Assembly (NCBI GenBank): GCA_034530875.2
Contig: JAVRCJ020000004.1
Coordinates: forward strand, 128,001-192,000
DNA from: Nostoc sp. DedSLP01
GTDB lineage: Bacteria > Cyanobacteriota > Cyanobacteriia > Cyanobacteriales > Nostocaceae
Reading direction: 5' to 3'
Length of the DNA: 64,000 bases
The position numbers and the translations under genes are program-made. The notes below the pieces were generated by a model, which saw only the letters and a program-made list of their open reading frames with translations, searched no databases and was not told the DNA's origin. Every line of letters starts with the position of its first letter. Positions within the stretch are counted from its first letter, which is position 1. Shown here one piece after another: positions 1-10,574 of this stretch.

Positions 1-806
1 TTGATGTAGTTAAAGTAGACGCAACAGGGAAACAAATTAGTCGTCAACGCCATAGTGCAAACTTCTTTGTTGAAGACTTGGGAAATGGTGTAATTCTCGA
101 AATGGTATCCATTCCTGGTGGTACTTTTATCATGGGTTCAGCAGAGAACGAGGGAAAGGCTAATGAACGTCCACAGCATCAAGTAAAAGTTTCTGCATTC
201 TTTATGGGTAAATATGAAATTACCCAAGCGCAGTATGAAGCAATTATGGGCACTAACCCTTCTTACTTCCGCACCAATGACGCAAACCGACCTGTGGAAA
301 GTGTGAGTTGGAATGATGCGGTAGAATTTTGTCAAAAGTTGAGTCAAAAGACAAGACGAACCTATCGTTTACCCAGCGAAGCAGAATGGGAATATGCGTG
401 TCGTGCTGGAACCACTACACCATTTTATTTTGGTGAAACGATTACCGTAGATTTAGCAAACTACAACGGAAATTATACATACGCCTCTGCACCAAAAGGT
501 GAATATCGCAAGCAAACAACACCAGTAGGAAGTTTTCCTGCTAACGCCTTTGGTTTATACGATATGCACGGGTTAGTCTGGGAATGGTGTCAAGATAACC
601 AGCATCATAATTACCAGGGCGCACCCACTGATGGTAGTGCTTGGTTACAAACTGGTTTATTCTCTAATTTGTTATCTGATAGAGTGATGCGCGGTGGTTC
701 TTGGGGCTTTCTTCCAGAAGGTTGTCGCAGCGCAAATCGTAAGTCCGATGGTGCTAATATCCGTTTCAACAGTATTGGTTTTCGTGTTGTCTTAGTTTCC
801 GTGTGA
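1..806 (+). CDS. Formylglycine-generating-enzyme (FGE-sulfatase/SUMF1, C-lectin fold) domain protein, 5'-truncated by window edge
   Basis: Frame is open from position 3 (DVVKVDATGKQISRQ...VEDLGNGV). Motifs FxMGS, RLPSEAEWEYACRAG, NAFGLYDMHG, RGGSW and GFRVV are present. Confidence 0.9.
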   Translation, partial: DVVKVDATGKQISRQRHSANFFVEDLGNGVILEMVSIPGGTFIMGSAENEGKANERPQHQVKVSAFFMGKYEITQAQYEAIMGTNPSYFRTNDANRPVESVSWNDAVEFCQKLSQKTRRTYRLPSEAEWEYACRAGTTTPFYFGETITVDLANYNGNYTYASAPKGEYRKQTTPVGSFPANAFGLYDMHGLVWEWCQDNQHHNYQGAPTDGSAWLQTGLFSNLLSDRVMRGGSWGFLPEGCRSANRKSDGANIRFNSIGFRVVLVSV

Positions 807-813
807 GGGCTTC

Positions 814-876
814 CTTTCACCAACATTCCCAGACTTAAATCTGACTGTTCAACAAGTATTTGAAGCAGTAGTATGA
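814..876 (+). pseudogene. C-terminal remnant of a Uma2/DUF820 family gene
   Basis: Translates LSPTFPDLNLTVQQVFEAVV*, resembling the SPTFPELNLT C-terminus of cyanobacterial Uma2 proteins. No start or N-terminus. Confidence 0.6.
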
Positions 877-920
877 GAGTTTATAGCTAATATTAACAAA
901 AAGACACGAGGAAAGGTTTA

Positions 921-1484
921 ATGGATAGCGTTGTTCTCAATCTAAAAGCGATCGCTAATTTAAGCGATGATCAATTTTATCAATTGTGTCTTGATAATCA
1001 CGATTTAAGCTTGGAAATGAATGCAGCAGGAGAATTAATCATTATGCCACCAGTCGGAGGAGAAAGCGGAAATCAAGAAGCTGGACTAATAACTGATTTA
1101 GAAATCTGGAATCGTCAAACGAAATTAGGCAAAGTTTTTAGTTCTTCAACTATTTTTATTCTGCCAAATGGTGCGAAACGTTCCCCTGATGCAGCTTGGG
1201 TGAAGTTGGAGAGATGGGAAGCTTTAACACCAGAACAGCGCAAAAAATTTCCGCCGCTTGTACCCGATTTTGTTATTGAACTGCGTTCTGAAACAGATAG
1301 GCTCCAACCCATCCAAGAGAAAATGCAAGAATATATCGAAAATGGTTTGCGTTTGGGATGGTTGATTAATCCTCAAGATGCAAATGTGGGAATTTACCGA
1401 ATCAAAAAAGCTGTAGAAGTTGTGCAAATGCCAGCGGTTCTTTGTGGAGAAGATATCTTACCAGGATTTGAGTTGCAACTGTAA
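921..1484 (+). CDS. Uma2 (DUF820) family putative endonuclease
   Basis: LPNGAKRSPDAAW, PDFVIELRS, KMQEYIENGLRLGWLINP; GAGG RBS upstream. Confidence 0.93.
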   Translation: MDSVVLNLKAIANLSDDQFYQLCLDNHDLSLEMNAAGELIIMPPVGGESGNQEAGLITDLEIWNRQTKLGKVFSSSTIFILPNGAKRSPDAAWVKLERWEALTPEQRKKFPPLVPDFVIELRSETDRLQPIQEKMQEYIENGLRLGWLINPQDANVGIYRIKKAVEVVQMPAVLCGEDILPGFELQL

Positions 1485-1542
1485 CTAAAGAGATATTTGC
1501 ACGTACATTCCTAACGAAATGCTTTTAACTTATAGCAAAATT

Positions 1543-1638
1543 TTATCGGCGATAGTTTCTAATAGCTTTTCGGAATACTAAAGTCCCGCCCATAACTTCT
1601 GGATCGGAATTTACTGGACTTTGAAATAAGGTAATCAT
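1543..1638 (-). pseudogene. Truncated DUF433 (antitoxin-like) fragment
   Basis: MITLFQSPVNSDPEVMGGTLVF matches the DPE(I/V)MGGxPVF start of DUF433, then diverges and stops after about 31 codons. Confidence 0.6.
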
Positions 1639-1754
1639 AATCTTAGTTTTTGCTATTTTTTCATCCAGTATATCGTCTCTGAATTTTTTACTAATCAGTA
1701 CCAAAAAAAGCGTTGTGTTTGCAGCACAACGCTTTTTCAAACTTATTGTTTAGT

Positions 1755-1943
1755 TTAACCTTGCAATTGATTAATTCGCTTTCGCAGTTCAGCCTCAAAC
1801 TCTTCATCCGTAGTGCAAAGTACACCAGGACGTTCATTCAATCTGTCCATGTACTTGTGAAAGGCTTCCGTGTCTTGTGGATGAGTCCTGACGTAAGCAA
1901 GTAAATCCTTATCAGACATTTCATCAAAATTAATTTGAGTCAC
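1755..1943 (-). CDS. Small cyanobacterial protein, DUF6887-like
   Basis: NFDEMSDKDLLAYVRTHPQDTEAFHKYMDRL pattern; GTG start overlaps the upstream stop (GTGA). Confidence 0.75.
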   Translation of the reverse strand: MTQINFDEMSDKDLLAYVRTHPQDTEAFHKYMDRLNERPGVLCTTDEEFEAELRKRINQLQG

Positions 1944-2120
1944 TTGATAAACACCTCCCCATTTGGAAAGATTTCTACTTCAATTGTGTCTCCAATTAAT
2001 AGAAAAATTCGTTTGGTACGTTCGTCTAATCGAACTATGTTGATTGGCTGCATTAGATTACTTGCTGCTACGCATCTGCGGTAAAGCGCTCTTAACTGAT
2101 TGATTTGGCGTTGGTTCCAT
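1940..2120 (-). pseudogene. DUF6888-like small gene frameshifted by a 4-bp duplication
   Basis: Removing one copy of TGAT at 2097-2104 restores MEPTPNQLRALYRRCVAASNLMQPINIVRLDERTKRIFLLIGDTIEVEIFPNGEVFIK*, coupled to the DUF6887-like gene. Confidence 0.75.
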
Positions 2121-2179
2121 ATCCTGGCTGTTGATTTCGCATCTACCCTGCGGGAAACTTCGTATGAAATCGCAACAGA

Positions 2180-3163
2180 TTAAACCAATCTCAAATCAGA
2201 ATAATTGGCTAATACATCATCAGATGTCAGGGTATCACCTTCAGCTTGGGGAGTCCAAAGAACTTCAATTGCTAGAAGTTTATCGCTAGGGATACTACCA
2301 ATTTGTCGCAAAGCTTGACGCAAATCATCAGCGCTGTTAACTGTTGGGATTTCAAATTTACCCAATGTCGCCGCTAGTAAGGTGACGATAATGTATTCGC
2401 CAGGGCCTTCGCTAATGAGACGGGTGGGGTTGTCGATTTCATCTGCTGGAGGTAAAGCTTCTTTAGCAAGTGCTGCTCTAAGTTGGTTGTTGACGTTAGT
2501 CAGAGTTTCTTCGCTAAATTTGCTGCGTTCTGCTAATGACAAGCGGTTGAACTGAGCTTCAGCTGAATTTAATCTCGCTTGTTGCGTACCACCACCTGCA
2601 TATACCCAATACTCAGGATGGCGGAGTAAAGCTAGGCTAGCTTCTTGGATAACTTCTGCTCTCCCTTGTGGGGAATTGGTATCAGCAGTTTCAGCAATGT
2701 TGTTGAGTTCTTTTTGCAGATCGCGTGCTTGTGCTAATAAACCCACTTGCAAGCGAGTTACGGACACTGGAGAGTTGGTGCTGTAATCTGCTTCTTCTGT
2801 ACCACCGCTAGAGGTACGACGGAAACTTTGTACTAAGAAATTAGCGATCGCTATGAAAATTAAAATACCAAATAGACCGCCGAATCCACCTCCAATTCCC
2901 CAAAAAGGAATTAAAAAGGGAAAACCAAAACCACCACCAGGATAATATCCGCCGCCGGGATAATATCCGCCTCCGCCTGGAGGTGCGTAGGTACGCGGCG
3001 TATAGGTGCGGCTAGAAGGTGCTCTAAATGAGCCACCGCCAATTCGTCCTCCGCTAGCAGCTAATGCTCCATCAGCGTGACTTAGAGCCAATGTTAACAC
3101 CAGGCTGAGGGCTAAGAAGGTTTTTAGCAGCGGTTTGATGATTTGTTGTAATTTTTTACCCAT
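2180..3163 (-). CDS. DUF1517 family membrane protein
   Basis: Signal peptide, SGGRIGGGSF, Gly-rich linker, TM helix, ALLRHPEYW, EVLWTPQAEGDTL. Confidence 0.9.
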   Translation of the reverse strand: MGKKLQQIIKPLLKTFLALSLVLTLALSHADGALAASGGRIGGGSFRAPSSRTYTPRTYAPPGGGGYYPGGGYYPGGGFGFPFLIPFWGIGGGFGGLFGILIFIAIANFLVQSFRRTSSGGTEEADYSTNSPVSVTRLQVGLLAQARDLQKELNNIAETADTNSPQGRAEVIQEASLALLRHPEYWVYAGGGTQQARLNSAEAQFNRLSLAERSKFSEETLTNVNNQLRAALAKEALPPADEIDNPTRLISEGPGEYIIVTLLAATLGKFEIPTVNSADDLRQALRQIGSIPSDKLLAIEVLWTPQAEGDTLTSDDVLANYSDLRLV

Positions 3164-3641
3164 AATACAATCGCTTCAAAAACGGAATTTTTTATGATTT
3201 CCCATTCGTTCTTGGGATTCTTGCCGTGTGTTACTAAACACTAGCCCGTAACAAACAACCTTTCTTTGTAGCATTCACGTTTTTCAGCTACACATTCACT
3301 GTACCGCGTAGGGTATGGGGTAGACAGCGATCGCAGGGGGGATTTCTCTACAGGAGAACCGTACCGGAAGATATGTTCGCCGGTTAGAGAAATGGCAATC
3401 GGGTAATTTTGCTAAGTCTTGGACTAGCACGTTCTGGCTACCGTTCTGGATTATATAGATGATTTGAGATTGTAGCGATCGTTTTGACTGATTTTTTTAA
3501 TACTTGACACTCATTGATGACTGATGACTGTGAACCGTCAACTGTCAACCCCTAACTCCTTCAATCTAGCTTTCAGTAAAATTAACGGCTTTGGTTGTTG
3601 CCTCTAGTGTAATAGTAATATGCGATTGAGTTCTGCGAAGA

Positions 3642-4028
3642 TTATTTTTTGGCAAATGAAAAATGCTGCTTGATTACATCTAGATGCGAACAGTTCCAAT
3701 AATCAATATGGGAGACAATTAAACCGTCAGAGTTGAGAGTTAATTCACTCCAACCAGGGATAGAAATACGAGGCTTCCAAGGTAAAGGAGTATTCCAGCT
3801 GAGCGTCCACTTTGTTTTAATCGTGTCTCCTAAACGTTGAATATTATGTAAATCCATCTTAGGATTTAAAAACATAATTTTAATGAAATTAATCATTTGT
3901 TTGTAGAGTTGCAACCCGCGAAATCTAAAAACAGGGTCTCGAAAATAAACATCTGGATCGTAAAGGCTGTAAGTTTGATTTACAGGGAATCTTTGATAGT
4001 CTTCTTTGAGGATTTCAATGATGTCCAT
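3642..4028 (-). CDS. DUF2358 (SnoaL/NTF2-like) protein
   Basis: YDPDVYFRDP, LPWKPRI, IVSHIDYW. Confidence 0.85.
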   Translation of the reverse strand: MDIIEILKEDYQRFPVNQTYSLYDPDVYFRDPVFRFRGLQLYKQMINFIKIMFLNPKMDLHNIQRLGDTIKTKWTLSWNTPLPWKPRISIPGWSELTLNSDGLIVSHIDYWNCSHLDVIKQHFSFAKK

Positions 4029-4042
4029 AAATTGCGAATTGT

Positions 4043-4603
4043 TTATTCTTCATTCCATAACCGTTCTAATTGACGCCGCCAAGCAGCTAGAGATTGTTCT
4101 TGTGCTTGTGCGCCTTGGTCGATTTCACCCATTACCCCTTCTGCATAAAAACGTTCTAAGTTTTGTATGGTGGATTCCAGAGATTGTCCTTGCAGTTTTG
4201 CTGCTTTGATAACTTGGCGAATGCGGGTTTCAACTAATCGGTTGAAGACATTATCTAAACCTGTTTCATGTAAAGATACCAGTCGAGCGATCGCTCTTTC
4301 AAAATCCGCTTTTACTAAACTGGTAACGTGATGGTGAAAGACTGCCCAAATTTGCCCATCATGCAAAGCATACCGTACTTCCTGAGTCTCATCAAAGTTA
4401 GCTGACAAAAACTCTGCTAAAAAAGATTGAGCTTCTTGTAATGGCGCAATTGGTAATAAAACTCGCAGCCAAGTATTATTTTTCGATAGCAGCACCAACA
4501 GTCGAAAAGTAGAAGTGTTTACTTGCCAAGTATCAGGTGCAATCGCACTAACATTTGTGCCAAATAATTCGGTTAATGTAGTTGTAAGTTCTTCAGGTGT
4601 CAT
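4043..4603 (-). CDS. Conserved hypothetical protein (YbjN/chaperone-like fold possible)
   Basis: 186-aa ORF co-oriented and 14 bp from DUF2358; LSANFDETQEVRYAL motif. Confidence 0.7.
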   Translation of the reverse strand: MTPEELTTTLTELFGTNVSAIAPDTWQVNTSTFRLLVLLSKNNTWLRVLLPIAPLQEAQSFLAEFLSANFDETQEVRYALHDGQIWAVFHHHVTSLVKADFERAIARLVSLHETGLDNVFNRLVETRIRQVIKAAKLQGQSLESTIQNLERFYAEGVMGEIDQGAQAQEQSLAAWRRQLERLWNEE

Positions 4604-4652
4604 ACATCTTTGTTATATCTAGCCTCTAGATTAGCGCAAGAGGCGTATCACC

Positions 4653-4865
4653 TTATTCATTAAAATGCTTTGCTGCTTGCTGGACAACTTCCTGAGGTAA
4701 ATCTAATAATTGAGCGATCGCTTCTAAGCTCAACCCAAACTCTATCATCCGAGGTATTGCTTCTAATTTACCTTGCTGCTTACCTGCTTCTAAGGCTTCT
4801 TGATAAACTTTAGTCTGCTTTAACTCATTTAAACCCAGCATTGCTTCAATCTCCTCGCGGCTCTT
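4653..4865 (-). pseudogene. C-terminal remnant of Rpn/DUF2887 recombination-promoting nuclease family gene
   Basis: (S)REEIEAMLGLNELKQTKVYQEAL...GLSLEAIAQLLDL is the typical Rpn tail; N-terminal nuclease part absent. Confidence 0.75.
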
Positions 4866-4897
4866 TTATAAAAAATAGTGTCAGTTTTCACTGTTAT

Positions 4898-5827
4898 TTA
4901 TCTTTTATAAATCAAAAAAACTGAACCAATCGGCCCGTAATTTTCTACATAGATTTTTTGGTTATAATACAATCCTGGAGACATACCTCCATCAAATAAA
5001 ATTCCTTCTTGAATCTTCCCTAAACAGTTATTTTTAGCAATGCCTTCTAAGACATTATCAAACATATCTGGTAGTAATTCTTGATTAATTGAAGATATTT
5101 CAATCTCAGAATTAGCCTTTGCATCATTAACTAATAGTATGACATATCCTTGATTCGTGATAGCTGCCATAGAGCGATTAGTAGCACTTTTACAAGCAAA
5201 CTCTCCCAAATCTTGACAAATATTTTTAAACTTACCCTGACGATAAAATCTGCCATTTCCTCCGACTAAGTTGTAATTGAGAATATTACTTGTTCTTCTA
5301 CCCGCTTGCATAGTAGCTTGTCGTTGTGTAGGCGAACCTCCTGATATACCAAAGGAAGAACGTTTATTTTTAAATGCTCCTGAATATTCTACACCACGAG
5401 AAATATTTAAACCTTGTGGGCGATCGTCGGTATCTATATAGTCAGCATTGATTGCAGCAATGGGTAACTCTCCATTTAATTTAGCGTTATCGCCAACAAT
5501 CAGGTCGCGAAACTGTTTTGCCACATATTCTTTCCGTAATTTTCCCTGACTATCTTTAGCGTAGAGTTTATGAGATAAACCAAGGTTAACTTTAAAATCT
5601 AATTCTGCTGATTTAGGATTAAAAATAATTACATGATTAATACCTTTGGAACTTTTCTGACCTTGATTATTAGTTTTAAAAAAATCAATACTGAATGTGG
5701 GACTTTGACCGGGACAAGTTTTAGCTGCTTTCGGGACTGAATTAGCTGTAATTTTTTGGCAACCTGATAACAAGGTTGCACTGGCGATCGCAATCAATAA
5801 CAAAAATAAATTTTTAGACATAATCAT
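4898..5827 (-). CDS. Lipoprotein, phosphodiester glycosidase (NAGPA/DUF2233-like) family
   Basis: Lipobox LSGC; AAINADY, RSMAAI, LFDGGMS motifs. Confidence 0.75.
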   Translation of the reverse strand: MIMSKNLFLLLIAIASATLLSGCQKITANSVPKAAKTCPGQSPTFSIDFFKTNNQGQKSSKGINHVIIFNPKSAELDFKVNLGLSHKLYAKDSQGKLRKEYVAKQFRDLIVGDNAKLNGELPIAAINADYIDTDDRPQGLNISRGVEYSGAFKNKRSSFGISGGSPTQRQATMQAGRRTSNILNYNLVGGNGRFYRQGKFKNICQDLGEFACKSATNRSMAAITNQGYVILLVNDAKANSEIEISSINQELLPDMFDNVLEGIAKNNCLGKIQEGILFDGGMSPGLYYNQKIYVENYGPIGSVFLIYKR

Positions 5828-5905
5828 ATAAAAAACCCGCTACAGCATTACTATAGCGGGGAATAATTTAAAATTTCAGTCTGGAGTTAATTTGAGTACT
5901 AAAAC

Positions 5906-7135
5906 TTAAGAGAACCATTCTAGAACAGCTTCTTCTTTGGTATTAGTATTCCGGGATGGTGTTTCACGATTGAATTTCATCTGAATTGAGCGAGTTTGTT
6001 CGCCATCAGCAGCCACAGCCACAATTGGATAGTCAATTAAACCATCTTGGAAGGACATCTGGAAGCGGAATGTACCATCTGGATTCAATTGAATTTGACG
6101 GCCGCCAATGGTAACAGTAGCATCGGGTTCGGTTGCACCGTAAACAATCAATTCAGCATCGGCTATCAACCAGAACTTGCGCGGACGCACTGGTACGGCG
6201 GAAGCGGAGAAGCCTACGCCCGACATTCCCACACCGGACATCGTTAAACCGGAAGTGGTGGGAACTGCCCACATACCCACACCAGAGGGGAAAATGTAGG
6301 AACTGATAGCTTGTTCGGGGCGTTGGTGCATGGAACCGAAGATAGAACCAGCAACGCGTTGTGCTTCGGCGGATTCCGCTAGGCCAAAGATTTGGTCGTA
6401 GATTGGGTTACCGCCATTTGCAGCGGCTGTTGCCACTTTCTTGGCAGGTGGCACCAGTTCGTACTGAGTTTTGCCACGCAAATCTTCTTCAAAGTTGACA
6501 GTGATAAAGACGTCTTCAATCCAGTCAGAAGGATAGACGGGAGGAATATGTACTCTCGCAGAACGAGCCAGTACTAACCAACGACCATCAGCAGCACGAT
6601 AACCGATATCGATTACATAATCGCGATCGCTAACTGGGACTGGTAGATACCATTCTCTTGCTAGTTCATCAGCAGGATATTCTTGAATGCTGTGGGGGCT
6701 TTGAAAATCTATATTGATGTCGGTAACATCATAAATCCGCAGTGCCAGTTGTTGTCCGCCTTGGCGACGCAGTTCTTCTTTATGTTCATTGGGAACATCC
6801 CAGTAAGTGTAAGCCCATTGAGGATCGCGGGGTAAGAGTACAATCCGGCTTTCACCATAACCAGAAGGCAGATCTGGGAGTCCTTCATCAACATCAGCAA
6901 GAGATCCACCAGTTCGATCTTCCTGACCTAATTCAAACTTAGCTGCTTCCACGGTTTCCTGTGCCTCCAATGAACGAGATGGACTGAGCGAAATTTTGCT
7001 GCGCTGGACTTCTTGAATTGATGCCAGCAGTTGGGATTTACGCATTCGGCTATAGCGAGAGATGCTATATTCGCTGGCAACTTTACGTAATTGCCGTAAG
7101 GTCATCTCCTCTAGTGGCGGGCGTTCTTTTGCCAT
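5906..7135 (-). CDS. DUF4912 protein with N-terminal Rho_N-like domain
   Basis: MTLRQLRKVA...YSRMRKSQL, LLPRDPQWAYTYWD, FWLIADAELIVYGATEPDA. Confidence 0.92.
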   Translation of the reverse strand: MAKERPPLEEMTLRQLRKVASEYSISRYSRMRKSQLLASIQEVQRSKISLSPSRSLEAQETVEAAKFELGQEDRTGGSLADVDEGLPDLPSGYGESRIVLLPRDPQWAYTYWDVPNEHKEELRRQGGQQLALRIYDVTDINIDFQSPHSIQEYPADELAREWYLPVPVSDRDYVIDIGYRAADGRWLVLARSARVHIPPVYPSDWIEDVFITVNFEEDLRGKTQYELVPPAKKVATAAANGGNPIYDQIFGLAESAEAQRVAGSIFGSMHQRPEQAISSYIFPSGVGMWAVPTTSGLTMSGVGMSGVGFSASAVPVRPRKFWLIADAELIVYGATEPDATVTIGGRQIQLNPDGTFRFQMSFQDGLIDYPIVAVAADGEQTRSIQMKFNRETPSRNTNTKEEAVLEWFS

Positions 7136-7925
7136 TAATATTTGGCCTCCAGTAGTTTATGCGGTAAATGATTTCGCCTGGTTAAAGAATGCGATATAAA
7201 ATGTCATCCACTCCAGATGAATTTCTTATTCCTGACTCCTGGTTTTGCCCAGTTCTTAAGTTTTTTAGTTTGTTTTTAAATTGAAGTCGTTTCCTATCAA
7301 TTCCTTTAGCTATGCCGAAATTAGCATTTCTTTGGGATCGGAGGAGTTGTATTTGTTAAGTCAATATTAACCACTAAGCATATCTAGGGATCAAGTAGTT
7401 TGAATACATTTTTTGCTTATTCAACGAATTTATCAGCACTTTTGGGATCGTATTGTGATGAAATCATGACAATTTCTGCCGCAAGACCTTTTTCAAGCAC
7501 TAGTAATGTCAATTTTTCATGACAATACTTTCGATTTCGCCCAAACCCCAACCCACAAAGGACTTTGGAGTGGGGAGCAAGAAGTGTGTAAAATCACAAA
7601 TAACCTCTGAGAAGGTATGTAAAAACTCAAAATTTAGACTTAGCACGACGCCTACCACTAAGTTTTGTGGCAGGTTATTAACCGCATAAATATATTAGTG
7701 TTGACTGATAAGTGTTTAAAAGATGCCCTCAAGCCTCTGAATTTTACTTATGGAAAATAAAGAACGATTAAAGTGAGGGTTAATTAGACTTGGGCAACTC
7801 AGTATGAGGCTTCTGGCAGAATTGGCTGATATTTAGAGTGGAGGATTGAAATTTTTCTGCAATCCCAAATAAATATCTCAAAAAATTAGCACAGTCATTG
7901 CTTAATTACAAAGAACAAACGACAA

Positions 7926-10574
7926 ATGACTAACCTGATTTTGGTTGTAGACGACGATCGTTTAATGCGAGTGTATCTGTGTGAGCTATTGAAACAAGCA
8001 GGGTATCAGGTGGTAGAAGCGAGTAACGGTTTAGAGGCGATCGCTACGTATATTCGACTGCACCCAGATATAGTACTGTTAGACGCCATGATGCCAGTGA
8101 TGGATGGATTTAGCTGCTGCACTCAACTGCAAGCACTCCCCAATGGCAAAGATACACCAGTGTTAATAATTAGTGCTTTAGACGATGGCGCATCTGTAGA
8201 AAAAGCTTTTGCTGCGGGTGCAACCGATTTTATTACCAAGCCAATTCAATGGCCGATATTACGTCATAGGTTGCGCCGTTATCTCGAAGCTCGTCGTGTA
8301 AAGCAGGAATTACAACAGCAAATTGCACAGTTACAACAACAGCAAGCGCAACTGGAAATAGCCTTAGATGGTGCTGGTACGAGCATTTGGAACTGGGATA
8401 TGCTAACGAATAAAATTACTTACTCAGGTCATCTAGAAGCACTTTTTGGCTGGAAAAAAGGTACTTTCAACAACACTTATGATGCTTTTCTTAACCGCAT
8501 TCATCGCCAAGACCGCGAGTTTGTGAAGCGATCGCATCAGCAGGCTATTGAAAATGGGGTATATGACATCGAATTTCGAGTTATTTTGCCTGATGGTAGC
8601 ATTCGCTATTTAGCAAGCAAAGGTGTTGTCTGCCGCGATGCTGACTCTGCTGTTGTGGGAATGTCTGCAATCGACATAGACATCACCAAGCGCAAGCAAG
8701 CAGAGGAAATGCTAGGAATTTATGCTAACCAGCAAGCGATGGTGGCAGAACTCAGTCAAATAGCTCTTGCTGACATAGACTTGAATGCACTGATGAACTT
8801 ATGTGTGAGTATCGTCGCTCAATGCCTAAAAGTTGAGTATTGTAAAGTTTTAGAACTAGTGCCAAATGGTAATGCTTTAGTGCTAAGGGCTGGAGTCGGC
8901 TGGCAACCTGGATTGGTAGGAAACGCTACCGTCAGCGCTTTGATGGATTCCCAAGCTGGCTATACGCTAATTTCTAACGGCCCTGTAGTTGTTGATGACC
9001 TGCGAACGGAAACACGGTTCAACAGGTCGCAGTTGCTACGCCAACATCAAGTAATCAGCGGCATCAGCGTAGTGATTCATGGCAAAGAGCGTCATTTTGG
9101 CGTTTTAGGCGCACACACAACCAGACACCAAACCTTCACTAAAGATGAAGTTGGTTTTCTCCAATCTGTTGCTAATATTCTAGCTGCTGCGATTGAGCGT
9201 CAACGAGGGGAAAACGCACCCAAAGAAAGCGAAGAACGTTGCCAGTTAGTAGTGCAGGCTAATAATGGTGGCATTTGGGACTGGGATCTGCAAAATAATC
9301 GAGTATTGCAATGTCAGAATATGCGATCTCAACTGTTCGCCCAGATTGCCCTGAAAATCCGTCAATCTTTACAAATCGATGAAATTCTGCGAACTAGTGT
9401 TACAGAGGTGCAAAAGCTACTGCTGGCCGATCGCGTGTTAATCTTGTGCCTACAGCCAAATAATTCTTTTCTGGCGATTCAAGAAGCAGTAGTTCCGGGT
9501 TTCCCTGCGATCCTCGGACAGGAAATTACTGACTGTTGCTTTAGCGACAATGGCATCCAGCATTACCGCCAAGGGCGAATTAGTTCAATTACAGATATCG
9601 CACAAACGGATATTGAAACTTGTCACGCCAAACTCCTGCAAAGATTTAGCATCAAAGCCAACCTTGTACTCCCGATTTTCTTGAAAAATCAACTCTGGGG
9701 ACTATTAATTGTCCATCAGTGCGCCTATTCCCGCAAGTGGACTAGCTGGGAAATAGAACTTTTGCAACAGCTGGCAGATCAAATAGGCATTGCCTTGACT
9801 CACAGCCAAATTTTAGAACAAGAAACTCGCCAGCGCCAAGAACTCGCTCGTTCCAACCAACAATTGCAAGAATTTGCCTTTATCGCCTCCCACGATTTAC
9901 AAGAGCCACTGCGTAAGATTAAAATTTTTGGCGATCGCTTGCAAGCGACCTGCGGCGATACATTAAGCGATGGGGGACGCGATCTTTTAGAACGGATGCA
10001 GAATACTGCCAACAGAATGCAGACATTGATTGAAGGCTTGTTGGCACTTTCACGAGTTACTACTACAGCACAGCCTTTTGTATCAGTAAATCTGTCAAAG
10101 ATTGCCCAAGAGGTATTGTCTGATTTAGAAGTTTATATCCAGCAAACTGGGGCAAGTGTTGAAATTGGTGAGTTACCCACCATAAAAGCCGATCCTCTAC
10201 AGATCCGTCAATTGCTACAAAATCTCATCGTTAACGCCCTCAAATTTCACCGTCCGCAAGTACGACCTATTATTAAAATCTATAGTCACGATTTGAATAA
10301 TCAGGGAAATAATCACTCAACTAGTTCTGGCTTTTGTCAAATCGTCGTCGAAGATAATGGTATTGGTTTTGAAGAAAGAGATAGCGATCGCATTTTTAAT
10401 CTTTTTCAACGTTTAGATAGTCCTGCTGAATACAACAAATACCAAGGTACTGGCATAGGTTTAGCTATCTGCCGGAAAATTACCGAGCGTCATCATGGAA
10501 AGATCGTAGCTGAAAGCAAACCTGGGCATGGATCGAAGTTTTTTGTCACATTAGCAGTTAATCCTCATCCCTAA
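7926..10574 (+). CDS. Hybrid sensor histidine kinase REC-PAS-GAF-GAF(DXCF cyanobacteriochrome)-HisKA-HATPase
   Basis: REC (VVDDD, LLDAMMP, KP); last GAF with DCCF and CH; ASHDLQEPLR H-box; DNGIG and GTGIGLAIC. Confidence 0.92.
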   Translation: MTNLILVVDDDRLMRVYLCELLKQAGYQVVEASNGLEAIATYIRLHPDIVLLDAMMPVMDGFSCCTQLQALPNGKDTPVLIISALDDGASVEKAFAAGATDFITKPIQWPILRHRLRRYLEARRVKQELQQQIAQLQQQQAQLEIALDGAGTSIWNWDMLTNKITYSGHLEALFGWKKGTFNNTYDAFLNRIHRQDREFVKRSHQQAIENGVYDIEFRVILPDGSIRYLASKGVVCRDADSAVVGMSAIDIDITKRKQAEEMLGIYANQQAMVAELSQIALADIDLNALMNLCVSIVAQCLKVEYCKVLELVPNGNALVLRAGVGWQPGLVGNATVSALMDSQAGYTLISNGPVVVDDLRTETRFNRSQLLRQHQVISGISVVIHGKERHFGVLGAHTTRHQTFTKDEVGFLQSVANILAAAIERQRGENAPKESEERCQLVVQANNGGIWDWDLQNNRVLQCQNMRSQLFAQIALKIRQSLQIDEILRTSVTEVQKLLLADRVLILCLQPNNSFLAIQEAVVPGFPAILGQEITDCCFSDNGIQHYRQGRISSITDIAQTDIETCHAKLLQRFSIKANLVLPIFLKNQLWGLLIVHQCAYSRKWTSWEIELLQQLADQIGIALTHSQILEQETRQRQELARSNQQLQEFAFIASHDLQEPLRKIKIFGDRLQATCGDTLSDGGRDLLERMQNTANRMQTLIEGLLALSRVTTTAQPFVSVNLSKIAQEVLSDLEVYIQQTGASVEIGELPTIKADPLQIRQLLQNLIVNALKFHRPQVRPIIKIYSHDLNNQGNNHSTSSGFCQIVVEDNGIGFEERDSDRIFNLFQRLDSPAEYNKYQGTGIGLAICRKITERHHGKIVAESKPGHGSKFFVTLAVNPHP

